DNA of 64,000 bases from Chrysomallon squamiferum (GCA_012295275.1 CM022666.1:14508001-14572000); one strand, 5' to 3'; positions 16,653-28,952 are shown, counted from the stretch's first letter. Notes: generated by a model from the letters alone, not told the origin. Made by a program: numbers and translations.

Positions 16653-16749
16653 GACTGATATAAAAAAGACAAAGGATCGAATCTGAGTTGAAGCTTAAAA
16701 GAAAATAACTGTGAACTTTATCTTAAAACAAGACTGAATTTTGAGTTAG
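16653..16749 (+). other. Candidate 5' non-coding exon of the TRIM gene (paralog 58585-58693)
   Basis: TTTCTACAG| acceptor, TATAAAAAA at 16659-16667, and TAG|GTAAGA donor at 16750. All three signals are retained in the diverged paralog. Confidence 0.4.
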
Positions 16750-17809
16750 GTAAGATCACTTTGTTTTTTCTTATATTACTATTGTGGTTGTTGTTGTAGT
16801 TGTCGCAGTTGTTAATGATGATGATGATGATGATTTTACTTTATTATTAGCATGACATTAATGAAGTTTTGTAGGCTTACTCTCATTTCTGTTATATTCT
16901 GTTTAGTGATGTAAGAAATGAAAGTCGTTGTCTTTACTGTAAAGTCTACTATTAGAAATAAGATACGTTTTTTATACGTCTTCCCATAGATAGGATAAAG
17001 TTCTTATTGTTACATTATTATTTCTACTATTACTACTAGCAGTAGTGATATTGTTAGTATTGTTGTTTTAGTTGTTATTGAAATCATTGTTATTATTATT
17101 GCTGTTGTTAAATTTGTTGTTATTATTGTTGTTGTCGTTGCGTCACATTAATTCAGTTTTGTAAACTTACACTGATTTCTGTTAAGCTGTTTTTATTCAA
17201 GTAAGGAAATAAAGTCGCTGTCGTTACAACAAAGACTATTCTTACTAGCAGTAATATATATTTTATATGCGCTTTCCCATAAACACGAAATTAACTATTT
17301 CTTTAATAAACCAGTAAAGAGATAAAGTCTGATTCTTCATATAATGAGGTGCGATCTCGCGACCTGTTGTGGTAGTTGTTAATGATGATGATGATGATGA
17401 TAACTTTTTCTTTGCTGTTATGATAATGAAAAAGCAAGTTCTGATGCTCACCTCGTAAATGATCGAAATTTGGAAATCTTATTTGAGGAATCACATATTG
17501 ATAACTGTACTTCATGGATATAAAATAAAATATTAATTTGGTCTTACATACTAAAATCATAAATTTCAAGTTTTATGTAAATTATAATACAAAATAATAA
17601 ATAAATAAATAAAAATTAAAATTAAAATAAAATAAATGAATAACAAAAATACGTTTTTACAATGTAGTAATGCTAGAAGTATTTTTCAGAATACGATAGT
17701 TAATTTTCTATTTTGTTTCTTTTCTCATCGTTATCATTGTTATTGTTATTAACCTATTTATTTATCTATTATTCTGACTGTTATTGTTATTTATCAGTGG
17801 AATCAGGGC

Positions 17810-18245
17810 TAATTATATGTATATACACTAAACTATGTATATATACTATACTATACTATATATACAGATTATGCTATAAATTATAATAACTACTATTACT
17901 AGTAATACATTGAAACTATTATTACTAATACACAATATGTATATACACTTTACTATACTATAAATACACATTGTTATAAATTATAATAACTACTATTACT
18001 ATCAATACAATGTAACTATTAGTACTAATACATAATATGTTTATATACACTACACTATACTATAAACACAGATTATGCTATAAATTAGAATAACTATTAT
18101 TATCGAGTAAATACTACTACTGTACTATTACTAGTAAGACGACGACTACAATTCATATGTAACATGCTATATACAATACACTATACTATAAACACAGATT
18201 ATATATACTATATATATTATAAACACAGGTTATGCTATAAATACA
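17810..18245. repeat. AT-rich ~90-100-bp minisatellite (TATACTATAAA..ATGCTATAAATTATAATAACTACT), degenerate
   Basis: Several imperfect units, same family as 30120-31140. Confidence 0.8.
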
Positions 18246-20053
18246 GTTTTTACGATATGACATTTCTTCTAGTTAATAATATAATAAAATGTATAAGGTT
18301 GAAGAAAAACGGAGATTACTCAACTTGTATTCTGTAATATGAAATAAATAAATAAATAAATACATAAATGAATAAATAAATAAAACTTAAAGAGTTGAAA
18401 CAAAAATTGAATGAATAAAAAAAAGTTGATCATAAACAGAGAGAGAGTTTTAAAATATTGTTCTTGAAATAATGATAACAAAATGTTCATTGGAACTTGA
18501 AAATTTTATTTTTTGTTTTAAAAGTAGTTTCATCGCAGGAATATATATAATTTCTCAATTTATGTTGATGTATGTCTAACATATATATGATTATACTTTC
18601 ATGAAAATAAAATCAGTATATCAGAGACGGTATATTGTAATTTTCCATGAAATATAAGCAAAGTACTATGCAGGTCGCTGATGGGAAATTATGAAAAGAC
18701 ATATTAATACAGACATAAAAAAAATCGTATAAAAGTTGTGGTTATTTGAAAAAAAAAGATCAGTTTTCAATACAGATTTACCCTGTTATGTCTTAACACA
18801 CTGCACGTTTGTCAAATATAAACCTAATATATATATAAAATAACAAGCAAACAAAACAAAACAACAACAAGAAAACAACCTCAAAAGGCTTAGTAATGCT
18901 ATCACAGAAGTTAATACAAACCGTAACAGGAGATGTGGGACAGCCAACTCGATCATTATTATCTGGCATATGAAACAAAACTTCTCTTTGTTTGGGTTTC
19001 GATTCATGAACAGAAAGTTTCTAGTGGATAAAGAAGAAAGATGACAGGAAAATAAACTTTATGTCGCTTTCTAGTTGAACCAGGCAAGTGAATTGACCCT
19101 TTAACCTGTGACTTGCACAATGGCAGATACTCTTTACCTTGTAAATACCATGTAATCCGTGTACAAGATTATACCAGTTTAAAGTGTAATAGGAGAAATA
19201 GATAACGTAAAAAAATTAGTCATACTTCCAAGATATTTAATTATTGTTTAGAGCGACCTGCCACTCTTATGTATAATAATTTAATAATTTACAAAATCTG
19301 TCTACGTCTCCATTTTACCCGTTCGCAGCTGAAGTGATGGTGTGCTGTAGTGTTCTTAAAGTATCAATGGATAATATCAGTAATAATAATATTTTTATTC
19401 AGTTCTATTTAGCTGTGTCTGTCAGTGATTTTTAACAGTTTTAATAGTAAATTATTTTAAATTGAGGACCCGCCAAAAATGTGTTATTGTGCAAGTCACG
19501 GGTTCACAAGTCAAGTACCCGGGGTTACGATTTTAGCAATCAGGCAACTTGCAATGAACTCCAACCTGTCTGAATGTAACGACTGTCACCGTAGTATTGC
19601 CCTATGTGTGTGTGATTGGATATAAGAGTATGTATGTGTATCTACGTGTATGTACTATAACATATATTCTGCTCGTATAAAAACACGGGTAATTACTTCT
19701 GTTTGCAAATAACCAATGACCACTTTTCACATTGCTGATTTAACATTTTATTGATTTTAGAAACCTTGTTTAATAACTAACACTGTAAAAAACTGTACGT
19801 AAGATGATATAACGACTTTAATAAATACCAAAGTTACAAAGTGTGTTTGTAACAGCAAGAAGGTCTAAAAGAAAACTTGATTATATCTCAGGTATTGTAT
19901 TTTTAATTTGTAAAATTAGCCTTTTAATTCATTCGATATCATTACCGCTGTAGTACTAATAGCAGTGGTTGTTGTGGTGGTAGTAATAGTAGTAGTATTA
20001 GTATTATTATTATTATTAGTAGTAGTAGTAGTAGTAATAATGATAATAATAAC

Positions 20054-20090
<37 letters not shown>

Positions 20091-20599
20091 TAAATTCAGT
20101 AGTGCATTGCGGTACACGGGTCAATTTTCGTCTTGCACTTGCGCAGTGACATCAAGACTTGTTAGAGGATGGTAAACGAAATGAGCAGATTTTGTTTTGG
20201 AAGTTTACTGTTTCTTTAAGATAGGTTTAAAATAACTGTTATCATCAAAGCCTCTGGCAGAGCTCCTACCCAGAGTTCACTAGGAAGATGTAAAGTTATG
20301 TTGTACAAACAAGAATGGCTAGGATAAACCAGTCTGCTGAATATATATTTTGTAATAAAATAATTACTTTTTTTTTTATGTGAGAAAAATACTAACAATA
20401 AGAATCCATCTCATTTCAGATTAAGCCTGAAACAGCTTAACCTAAAATTTCATAGTACAAGAAAGTTTGAACAAGACAGAATGTCTGAAAGGAATACTGA
20501 CTCGAAATGAAATTATTGGACGCGTCTGAACTATGCAACAAATTTGATCTTCAGTGAATACACACTACTAGAACAAATTGAAAAATTCGACCATAGACA

Positions 20600-21971
20600 A
20601 TGGCGGAAGCGGTTGCCGTTCCTTTGCTCGAAATAAAAGACGAGTTCGTGATTTGTGAAGTGTGTTTAGAATATTTTGACGAGGCCGGTAGAATGCCTCA
20701 TCTTTTGCCTTGTAACCACACCTTTTGTTATCAGTGTCTGGAAGCTCTTTCGCAGAAATCAACGGAAGGTATAACATGTCCGAACTGTCGGAAACTGTGC
20801 CCTGTTGAAAACAGCATTGAGACAACATTTCCTAAGAATAAAACTATTCGTAACCTTGTTGAGTACATTGCACTAAAAAACAATCCGGAGAAAGTTATGT
20901 GCAAGAAATGTCCCAACAGTTCTGTGGCAACTCTGCACTGTCTCGACTGTTCTGAGCCGATGTGCGAGTTTTGCTCTGGATTCCATAACAAGTTTACAAT
21001 TTCACAACATCACAAGACTGTTCCAATATCCCAGTTGTCAGAAAGCGACTTTTTCCATCACCCAGATATTTGCGAGCAACACAGCAATATGAAAAAAGAA
21101 CTTTTCTGCAAAACCTGTTCGTTAGCTGTCTGTTCGTCCTGCGTTCTTGTAGGACATTTCAGTCACACGCTGTCTAACACTAAAGATGTCTACGATGAAC
21201 ATAAAGAACGAATCAAAACTGCCTTGAGTGATTTAATTGAATCAAGAAAACATTGCACATCATACAGAGAGAAACTAAATGAAGAAAAGAACACACTTGA
21301 TAAAATACAGCACGATCTTGTAAATGAGATTGATGAAATGCACAAGACAATAGTAGACAAGATCAGTGTCGTCACAACACAGATGAAGGAAGACGTAGTG
21401 TCCAATGTAAGAAAACAAAAATCTGACAGAGATGAACAGCTGGAAGTTGTGGAAAAGACAGAAAAGTTAAACGATGAACATTTTCTTTATTGTCAAAAAG
21501 TATTACAATTTGCGACAGAGATTGAACTTATCGAGACGTCAGGAATGCTCGAAAACAAAACAAAATCTTTGTCGCTTTCACTGCCTGAACTGCAAATAGA
21601 GAATGTTAATGTAGATTTCAAGCTTTTAAAACGTGTTGAAAGAAGCTTAGACAAGTCAGCAATCTTGTATAACGTCTCGCAGTTCCGTCCTTACATTGAG
21701 TTGTCTGACGTTGGAACGGGACAAGTCTCCGACGTTCTCAAATACACACTGTTCTTAGAAGAACATGATGATGAAAATATAAAAATAGATGCCGTTATCG
21801 AACCGCCTGGAGGAAACGAGCCAGCTGTAAAACAAACGTTGACTTCTGTTTCTGCTATTACTGGAAGTTTTCAGTTCAAACCCGAGGTGACAGGTCCGCA
21901 CAAAATCTCACTCACTGTGAACGGAGAAAACTTAGAAGAGGAACAGTTTGTGTTTCACAGCAGAGAAAACG
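20600..21971 (+). CDS. TRIM E3 ubiquitin ligase, coding exon 1 (RING, B-box1, B-box2, coiled-coil, filamin/Ig-like repeat)
   Basis: Long ORF from ACAATGGCG. C3HC4 RING (CEVC..CNHTFCYQC..CPNC), B-box1 (CKKC..CLDC..CEFC..H..H), B-box2 (CEQH..CKTC..CSSC..H..H), helical coiled-coil, filamin-like motif (IEPPGG...FKPEVTGPHKISLTVNGENL). Donor G|GTGAGT at 21971/21972 (phase 1). Upstream acceptor TCATTTCAG| ends at 20419. Confidence 0.95.
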
Positions 21972-23495
21972 GTGAGTTCGAAATAAATTCTTTATTGTTT
22001 AAACATCTTGAAAATAACATAAATATCAGGTTCTTGGTTCGAAGAATTTTTATTTATGCATGTATATGTATGTTTGTATGCATGCATGCATGTATGTATG
22101 TATTTATGTATGTATGTATGAATGTATTTATGTATAATTTCTGTCCGATAAATGGCGTCACGGGATCAGTAGATAAAACCGATTGCTTCAAATAATTTTA
22201 TTTATTTGTTTATATTTCATTATTCAGAAAATGTTAGTCGCTAGTAAGAACATGTTTTTAAGTAATCTAATAATTTGTTTGCAAATAAAACTAATTTTAT
22301 TATCCATTTAAGTACTTACCACTATCAATACGGCCGTCAAAATCGCGTAACTATACAAGATGCATTATCATGGCAGCCACTGAGTTACAACCACATCACG
22401 ACACTGTCGACACTTACTGTCACTATCAGTGTAATAATAGTTTGACTACTTTTATTTTCTTGTGCAGTTTCGGTTAATGACAGTGTATAAAAATATAGTA
22501 CAGTTATAAAATGTCTGGACTCCGCCTTTATTTTCTGATTAAGCCTAACGTTTAAATAAATAAATAAATAAATCAATCAATAAAAAAATTCATCGAAATT
22601 AATTGTTATTGTTGTTTTCAGTCGGCAGATTTTACTTTTAGGGCATTTTTTAACAGCACCTACAACAGCGCATGGTTGTTTTAAGCAATGTTTTTAAGTT
22701 TTTAATAAATCGTGTAGAAAGTTAGTAATGGTAATATGAAAATAAAAATAGTACATCACTTATGCGTTTATTATTCTATTTATAAAAATTGACTATAGAG
22801 ATAGGATTCCTATAATTTAAAAGTAGGACAGTATCCAATAACTGGTTCAAACTGGTGCACATGTATGATATTTATAAATCGTCTGCTGAAGTGTTGTGGA
22901 GAGATCACCATTACCGTAATAACCTACAATATCGTCGTACTGTCAATGTTAATCGTTGTTTCATGACAACTGAACATATACAATATGGCCACAGTTAAGT
23001 CAGTATCCAGTGAAATGAGTAATGGACATTTACGAGAAAAAACATGCAGCTACAAATATGTATTACATTTACTGTAAGATATATAAATAGTATCTGCAAT
23101 AGAAATTGTTCATTTAATACAAATTGTGCTTATGCATCCTTTGAAAAGTCAGATCTCAGCGTTGCAGGTTACAACATTTGCGGTTAACACAACAACTATT
23201 TGACTTTCTGCGAATTATAGGTGCGCGTACGTTACATTTCATGCGCTCAATGCTAAATTTAGTAAATACTTATCATGTGATCAATTTTCTAACAAACAAC
23301 TGAGCTCTGGAAGTGAAACTTGGCTGCCAGCTTACAACTCGCGTTTGTTAAACTTACTGAAATTGATATTCATGGAACTCTAAAACACAGACGATTATTT
23401 TGTCTGCAAAATTCTCACGATAAACGGCAAATGAAACTCGATGAATCCAAAATTTTTTACTCGATTGCTGAATTAAAATTAATCACTCTTATTAC

Positions 23496-23534
<39 letters not shown>

Positions 23535-23857
23535 CTATTTATTTATTTATTTATTTATTTATTTATTTTGTTAAGTATCAGTAATTGATTTTTGAATGAT
23601 TGTTTATTTTTCCTTTAAGTGTTGATTACATTCAATGGAGAAAATACCAACAGTGGTCACATGATAGATAACTTTTGTTTTCAGTCAAATCACAGCTATA
23701 CAAACTAAGAATTGTTTTTTTCTGTTTCAAATATCCGAGTTATTTATTGTCCCTGATTAGTATCTCCAACACTTTTCTGGAATGGGCTCAAAGCTTTCGC
23801 TGAGTTTGTGTATTTCAGAAAATTGTGGTTAAAAATCAAATGCTTGTAGTCATTTTA

Positions 23858-23905
<48 letters not shown>

Positions 23906-24916
23906 GCCTATGTGTGAGTTTGTATGTATTTATATGACTATACATATATCACACACCATTATACTTTTTTTACAAACTATATTTTTAAAATATTTAAGAC
24001 TGAAAAATCATGTTTAAAGAAAATTATTCTCTGCTGTTCAGAGTTGTTAGGCACATATGTGTTTTTTTTTCTTTTTTCTTTTTTTTTTACAGTGACATTT
24101 TAACCACCTTAAAATGCAATAATATGACTCTCAATACTTTAAAAAAAAAAAAAAAACATCTAAACTTCAAACGTAAATTATTCGAAAATAAAATAAAATA
24201 AAATAAAATTTAACCCATTGAGGAAAAAAAAAAAAAAAAAAAAAACACGTTGCTCTTTAATCAGACACTGTGTCCTAATTCTGTAGCTTCAGGCATGTGG
24301 GCGGAGCTACTGTTTACAGTGCATCTAAAAATAGACGCAGTCTGCAATTTGTATAAGCGCTGTAACAGAAAAATAAAAACATAAAATAAAGAACAAAAAG
24401 CAAAGTTTATTTGTTATTTTAAACAATAATTTTTCATTAATACTAATTTGATGTCGGTGGCATTTCGAGCATTGTCATCGCGTGACATTTTATTTTGTGT
24501 ATAAAACAATTTCGAAGTACATTCATGGTTCAACATTGATTAAACGTTATTATTATGGTTACTACGGTAGATTTTATTTCTACGTAAGCTGACCTACTTA
24601 TAACGTCGAGTCGCGTGTCTTGTCTGGTTCGAGCTCATTTTGAGAAGCGAACATCGAGGCGGTATTTTTCGTTGTTAACAGGTTCACACATTTTGACTGA
24701 ATTTATAGATTTTGTATAGATAAGTAGATAACGTGTTTTCAGTTTTATTTAGTAGTTAATATTTTAATAGTTCTGTCATTCAGTATTTTTCTTTTTCACA
24801 CTTCTATTCCTAATTTGTAAAGTAATAAAAGTTTTACTTCTAATTTTTCTTTTACTGGCACTAATACTATTACTTCTGAATTTACGGTTGTTATAATAAT
24901 AATAATAATAAATTAA

Positions 24917-24964
<48 letters not shown>

Positions 24965-24972
24965 ATTTACAG

Positions 24973-25050
24973 AATCACCCGAAACAAGAAAACTTCTGTG
25001 TTTAAAACCTGAACCTGTCAGTCACAGAGGAATCTACAGAGAAGTTTCAT
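24973..25050 (+). CDS. TRIM gene, coding exon 2 (78-nt linker exon, ESPETRKLLCLKPEPVSHRGIYREVS)
   Basis: Acceptor TATTTACAG| at 24972 and donor T|GTAAGT at 25051. Phase 1-1, open, and keeps the frame between exon 1 and exon 3. Confidence 0.75.
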
Positions 25051-25429
25051 GTAAGTAACAATTTTTATTTATTTACTTCTAAATATAATAATGATAAAAA
25101 ATACATGATGATAATGTTGATAAAGACAACAATAATAAAAAAAATAAATCATTTTTTTTTAAATATTTAATTATAATGATAACAATAATTCTTTTTTTTT
25201 TTTTAAATAAATATTTAATTATCAGTTTTGTATATTGAAAGTAAACAACATTATAATAAAATTTAAATACAGAAACAAATTATTTTAATAAAACATTTTA
25301 TTTATTTACTTTCATTTTTTAAGTGTAAAAACACAAGTTTTAAAATTGTATTTGATTGTTAACAATTGTATAAAGTGACAGTGCAGTTTGTAAAAGTGAA
25401 ATATTTAACAACATATTTTATTTTCACAG

Positions 25430-26076
25430 TGACACCAATGAAGTTTTCAGAAAAAACACTAAACTGGGAGAAATGTTGTATTAATGAAAACAAGGAATTA
25501 GTTAACAAAAGATCTGTAGAAGAAAACCAAAATGAAGACAGGATGAAAGTTATGAGTGGAGTAACAGGTGACAGAAGTTTTACAGAAAACAAATGTTACA
25601 TTTGGGAAAGTGAAATAACCTGTCACATTTTAGAAAGTGGAGAACTGAATTACGTAGCAGCTCAGATTGGAGTCTGTGAAGAGAGAGACTGCGATGAGGA
25701 CATTCGAATAGCTAGTAATAAACATGCTTGGGGTGTTAGTTTTAGTTCCTGTAAACAACACAACAAAATGTGTTTTCTTGTTTTCTCCTGTGGTGAACGT
25801 AAGTGTCATAGTCCAGTGTGTGACTATAAAACAAACACACTAGTCCACACATCACTTACACTAGTACTAGACACACAAAGTAAAACACTGCACACAATAA
25901 ACACAGACACTAACACACTTGTACACACACTGACTGATGTTGACGTGTCACAACCTTTGATACCTGTGTTTGCTGTTTACAATTCTGATTATTTTGATGT
26001 GAAAGTGAAAATTATACCTGATTTATCAAAGAATTCCACTTTGCTGAAACTGATCTCTTCTTTAATCTGCCCATAA
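25430..26076 (+). CDS. TRIM gene, terminal coding exon (B30.2/SPRY-like domain)
   Basis: Acceptor TTTTCACAG| at 25429 in phase 1, matching ORF 25366..26076. SPRY-like motifs: SGVTGDRSF..KCYIWESEI, QIGVCE, HAWGVSF, LTLVLDTQSKTL, QPLIPVFAV. Stop TAA ends at 26076. Spliced CDS is 2097 nt = 698 aa. Confidence 0.85.
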
Positions 26077-26239
26077 AGTAAAATTATTTAACAAAACAGT
26101 AATTACTTTAAAAACAAACAACAAAAGTAAATTTGTAAAGCAAACAACTGTCTGTCTGTCTGTTATTGTTTATCTCTGTACTTTATTTAAATAAACTAAA
26201 TATAAATATTCTCCGTAACAAACACAGGCTATCAGTTTC

Positions 26240-26485
26240 ATCCACACATACAGACATATTTATACACACACACATACAGATGTACACACACACACAGACA
26301 TACAGATGTACACATACACACAGACATACAGATGTACACACACACACAGACATACAGATGTACACACACACACAGACATACAGATGTACACACACACAAA
26401 CACAGTCACACACAGGCATACAGATATACACACACACAAACACAGTCACACACAGACATACAGATGTACAGTTGTACACACACAT
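26240..26485. repeat. 26-bp CA-rich tandem repeat in the TRIM 3' UTR
   Basis: CATACAGATG recurs at 26273, 26299, 26325 and onward. Confidence 0.9.
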
Positions 26486-27321
26486 GGACTATTACACTTA
26501 CTATCTAAATTATTTGTAAAAGTAATAAATTTGTAAATTTTCAGTTTTAAATCTCATTAGAAGTAATCCTCAGTCTACAGTGTCTCTCTACATCTCCACT
26601 CCATGTTGACTATCTAGTCTACTTTGTTAATTAGTTAACTCTTTATGTGCTGTGTACCTGTGTTTTTGTGAAGAGTAAATTAACTGTTTGAACACATTAC
26701 ACTGTATTACAATACACCTTGTGTAACAGGTAAATGTTTCACTTTATATTTCTGATTTAAACTGAAATGAAGTTTTTATTTTATACACTTAAACTGTGAT
26801 TTCATTTAAATAATGATTGAAAGTAGACTAGAATTTACATAGTTGTTATTAGAATGAATTGCTGATGTGATATTTCATATATTTATTGTTACTGCAGTAA
26901 ATTATGACAACAGTAATGTTTTGTGCAATGTGACATTACTGAATTGTGTACTTCATTTAACAGAAGAAATTTTCAAAATTTTGTTTCAATTTTTGTTTAT
27001 TTAATGCTTATTAATTTGATGTCAGAATTATTTATTGATTTAAAAAAAAAATAATAATAATAAATGTGATGTTCTAAAAACTGATTTTTGTTTTTACTGC
27101 TAAATATGTATAATGTTTATATAGAAAATGATTGCTGTGTTATTTTTCATTCATTCCTTCTTTGTTTCCTTCCTTAGCTTTATATTTATTATTAGTATAT
27201 TTTTATTGTATTTATTTATTTGATTTTAACTTCTTCATTCTTTCCTGTATTCTGTCATTCAGCTTTTTTGTTTTTCTTTACATTTGTTTCTTTTTTCTTC
27301 TACAATCTTCTCTTTTCATTT

Positions 27322-27387
<66 letters not shown>

Positions 27388-27693
27388 GAGAGACAGACAG
27401 ACACACACACACACAGCTAGTTCAAAGCTGATTTAATTACAGTTAAATTATAAACGTTTGTACAAAATGTTTATTTATTTATTTATCTGTTTGTCTGTCT
27501 ATCTGCCAGTACTTCTGTTTGTCTGTTTCCTTGTTTGATGTCATATATTCAGTATTCTTTAGTTTGATATTTTATTTGTTTGAGGAACCTTTATATCATC
27601 AATCTAGTGATTTTAGCTGTGTCAGATATCTGTACTATTGCTTATTAATTTTAACTTGTAGATTTTAATAAAATAAAAGTGTTTTTTTCTTAG

Positions 27694-28832
27694 AATAAGA
27701 CACAGAAGCTGCTGCTGAAACCAAAAAGAAATATCCTATTTCACATTATCAAAGTACACGTTAGAGTCTGATTCTCTGTGAGAGTACATCACAGGTGTTC
27801 AGAGTGGATTGTTAACAACTTGTTTGTGTTTCTTCATGTAAAATCAGTGTGTTTGTTTTCAGTACAATTCGAGAGTTGGAGCCTGAGCTGGATTATGAGA
27901 AACTTTGACGAGAGAAACTGAAAGCCCAGTTGGATGAATACAGGAGGGAAATGTTCTGTCTTAACTCTCAAGTAGAAAACTTCACTGTAGTGAGGGACAT
28001 ACTTTTAATCTTCATTAGCTCTTTAAAAATAAGTAAATAAGTAAATGATCAAATAACTAAGTAAATGCCTATATAAATAAATAAATAGGTAAATAAATAA
28101 ATTAGTTAATAAAATCAATACATTTATAAAGATAAATAAAAAATAAGTTCAGGAATGAATGAATGGGTAAGTGAAAGAATAAATGAGACTGAGTGAATAA
28201 GTAAATTAGTGAATGAAAGAATGAATGGTTTTGGAATATATTTTAGCTTTACCATATCATCATAATTTGGATTTTTCATTTTTAATTAACTATTATTATA
28301 ATCATTTTAAAGAAAGGAACAGTCTGAAAGCAGCTATAGAAATAATGAAATTAATGTACATAACATTAAAAAAAGAACAGTCTTCTTGTGAACCTGTCAA
28401 TCTATTTATCCATGGACTGACACACCAACCTGTCTGTCTATCTGTCTGTATATCCATACTTCCACTCAGCCAGCAATCACCTTCTCGTCCATCCATCGTT
28501 CTGTGTAGCTATCTGTATCTTTCTTTCAACCTGTTTGTTTTTTGTCATTCTGTCAGTCTTGGTGTCTCCACATTCACCTCCCTCTCTGTCTGTGTGTCTG
28601 TGTGTCTAACTGTGTGTTTGTGTTTCTGCAGGTTAGTGATGATGAGTATCACACCAGGTCAGGTCGTGTGAGGAGAAGAGCAGGCTCAAGTAAAAAGAAA
28701 AGTTGTGATGATGTCTGTGTTTTTGTCAGACGAAATTACTCATCTGTAAAAAGAACGTACTCAGCTCGACTTTTTTTAGATCAACTGAGACGTTGGAGAA
28801 TTGTCGGCACTATTAACTGGCAGTTTGGATAG
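27694..28832 (+). pseudogene. ANKRD42: ANKRD42-like partial pseudogene, copy 3 (exon stub 27694-27709, exons 27863-27989 and 28632-28832)
   Basis: TIRELEPELDYEKL*REKLKAQLDEYRRE and VSDDEYHTRSGRVRRRAGSSKKKSCDDVCVFVRRNY, compared with ANKRD42 ...GVFVRRY. In-frame TGA, and about 0.8 kb deleted relative to copy 2. Confidence 0.8.
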
Positions 28833-28952
28833 TTGTCTGCATTAGCTGACACTCAAGAGAGCTGTGTAGATTAATTGACACTTTGGAGAGTTGTGTAGAT
28901 TAACAGATATTTTGGACAGTTGACTAGATTAAGTGACACTTTGAAGAATTGT
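28777..28952. repeat. Degenerate 29-bp tandem repeat overlapping the end of ANKRD42-like copy 3
   Basis: TAGATTAA recurs at 28867, 28896 and 28925. The paralogs at 63-82 and 33168-33187 carry one unit. Confidence 0.75.

Noticed and set aside
20568-21405. Antisense ORFs over the TRIM exon
   Set aside because: Short shadow ORFs with no motifs.
21972-22195. C-terminal 74 aa of the 531-aa ORF
   Set aside because: Lies after a strong GTGAGT donor and runs through (TGTA)n simple repeat, so it is intron read-through.
25366-25429. Start of the 236-aa ORF as a standalone gene
   Set aside because: Non-ATG start inside AT-rich intron. A phase-compatible acceptor at 25429 explains it as a terminal exon.
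27863-27989. In-frame TGA shared by three exon copies as possible selenocysteine or read-through
   Set aside because: The position corresponds to Arg (CGA to TGA deamination) inherited through duplication. Other stops and deletions accompany it.
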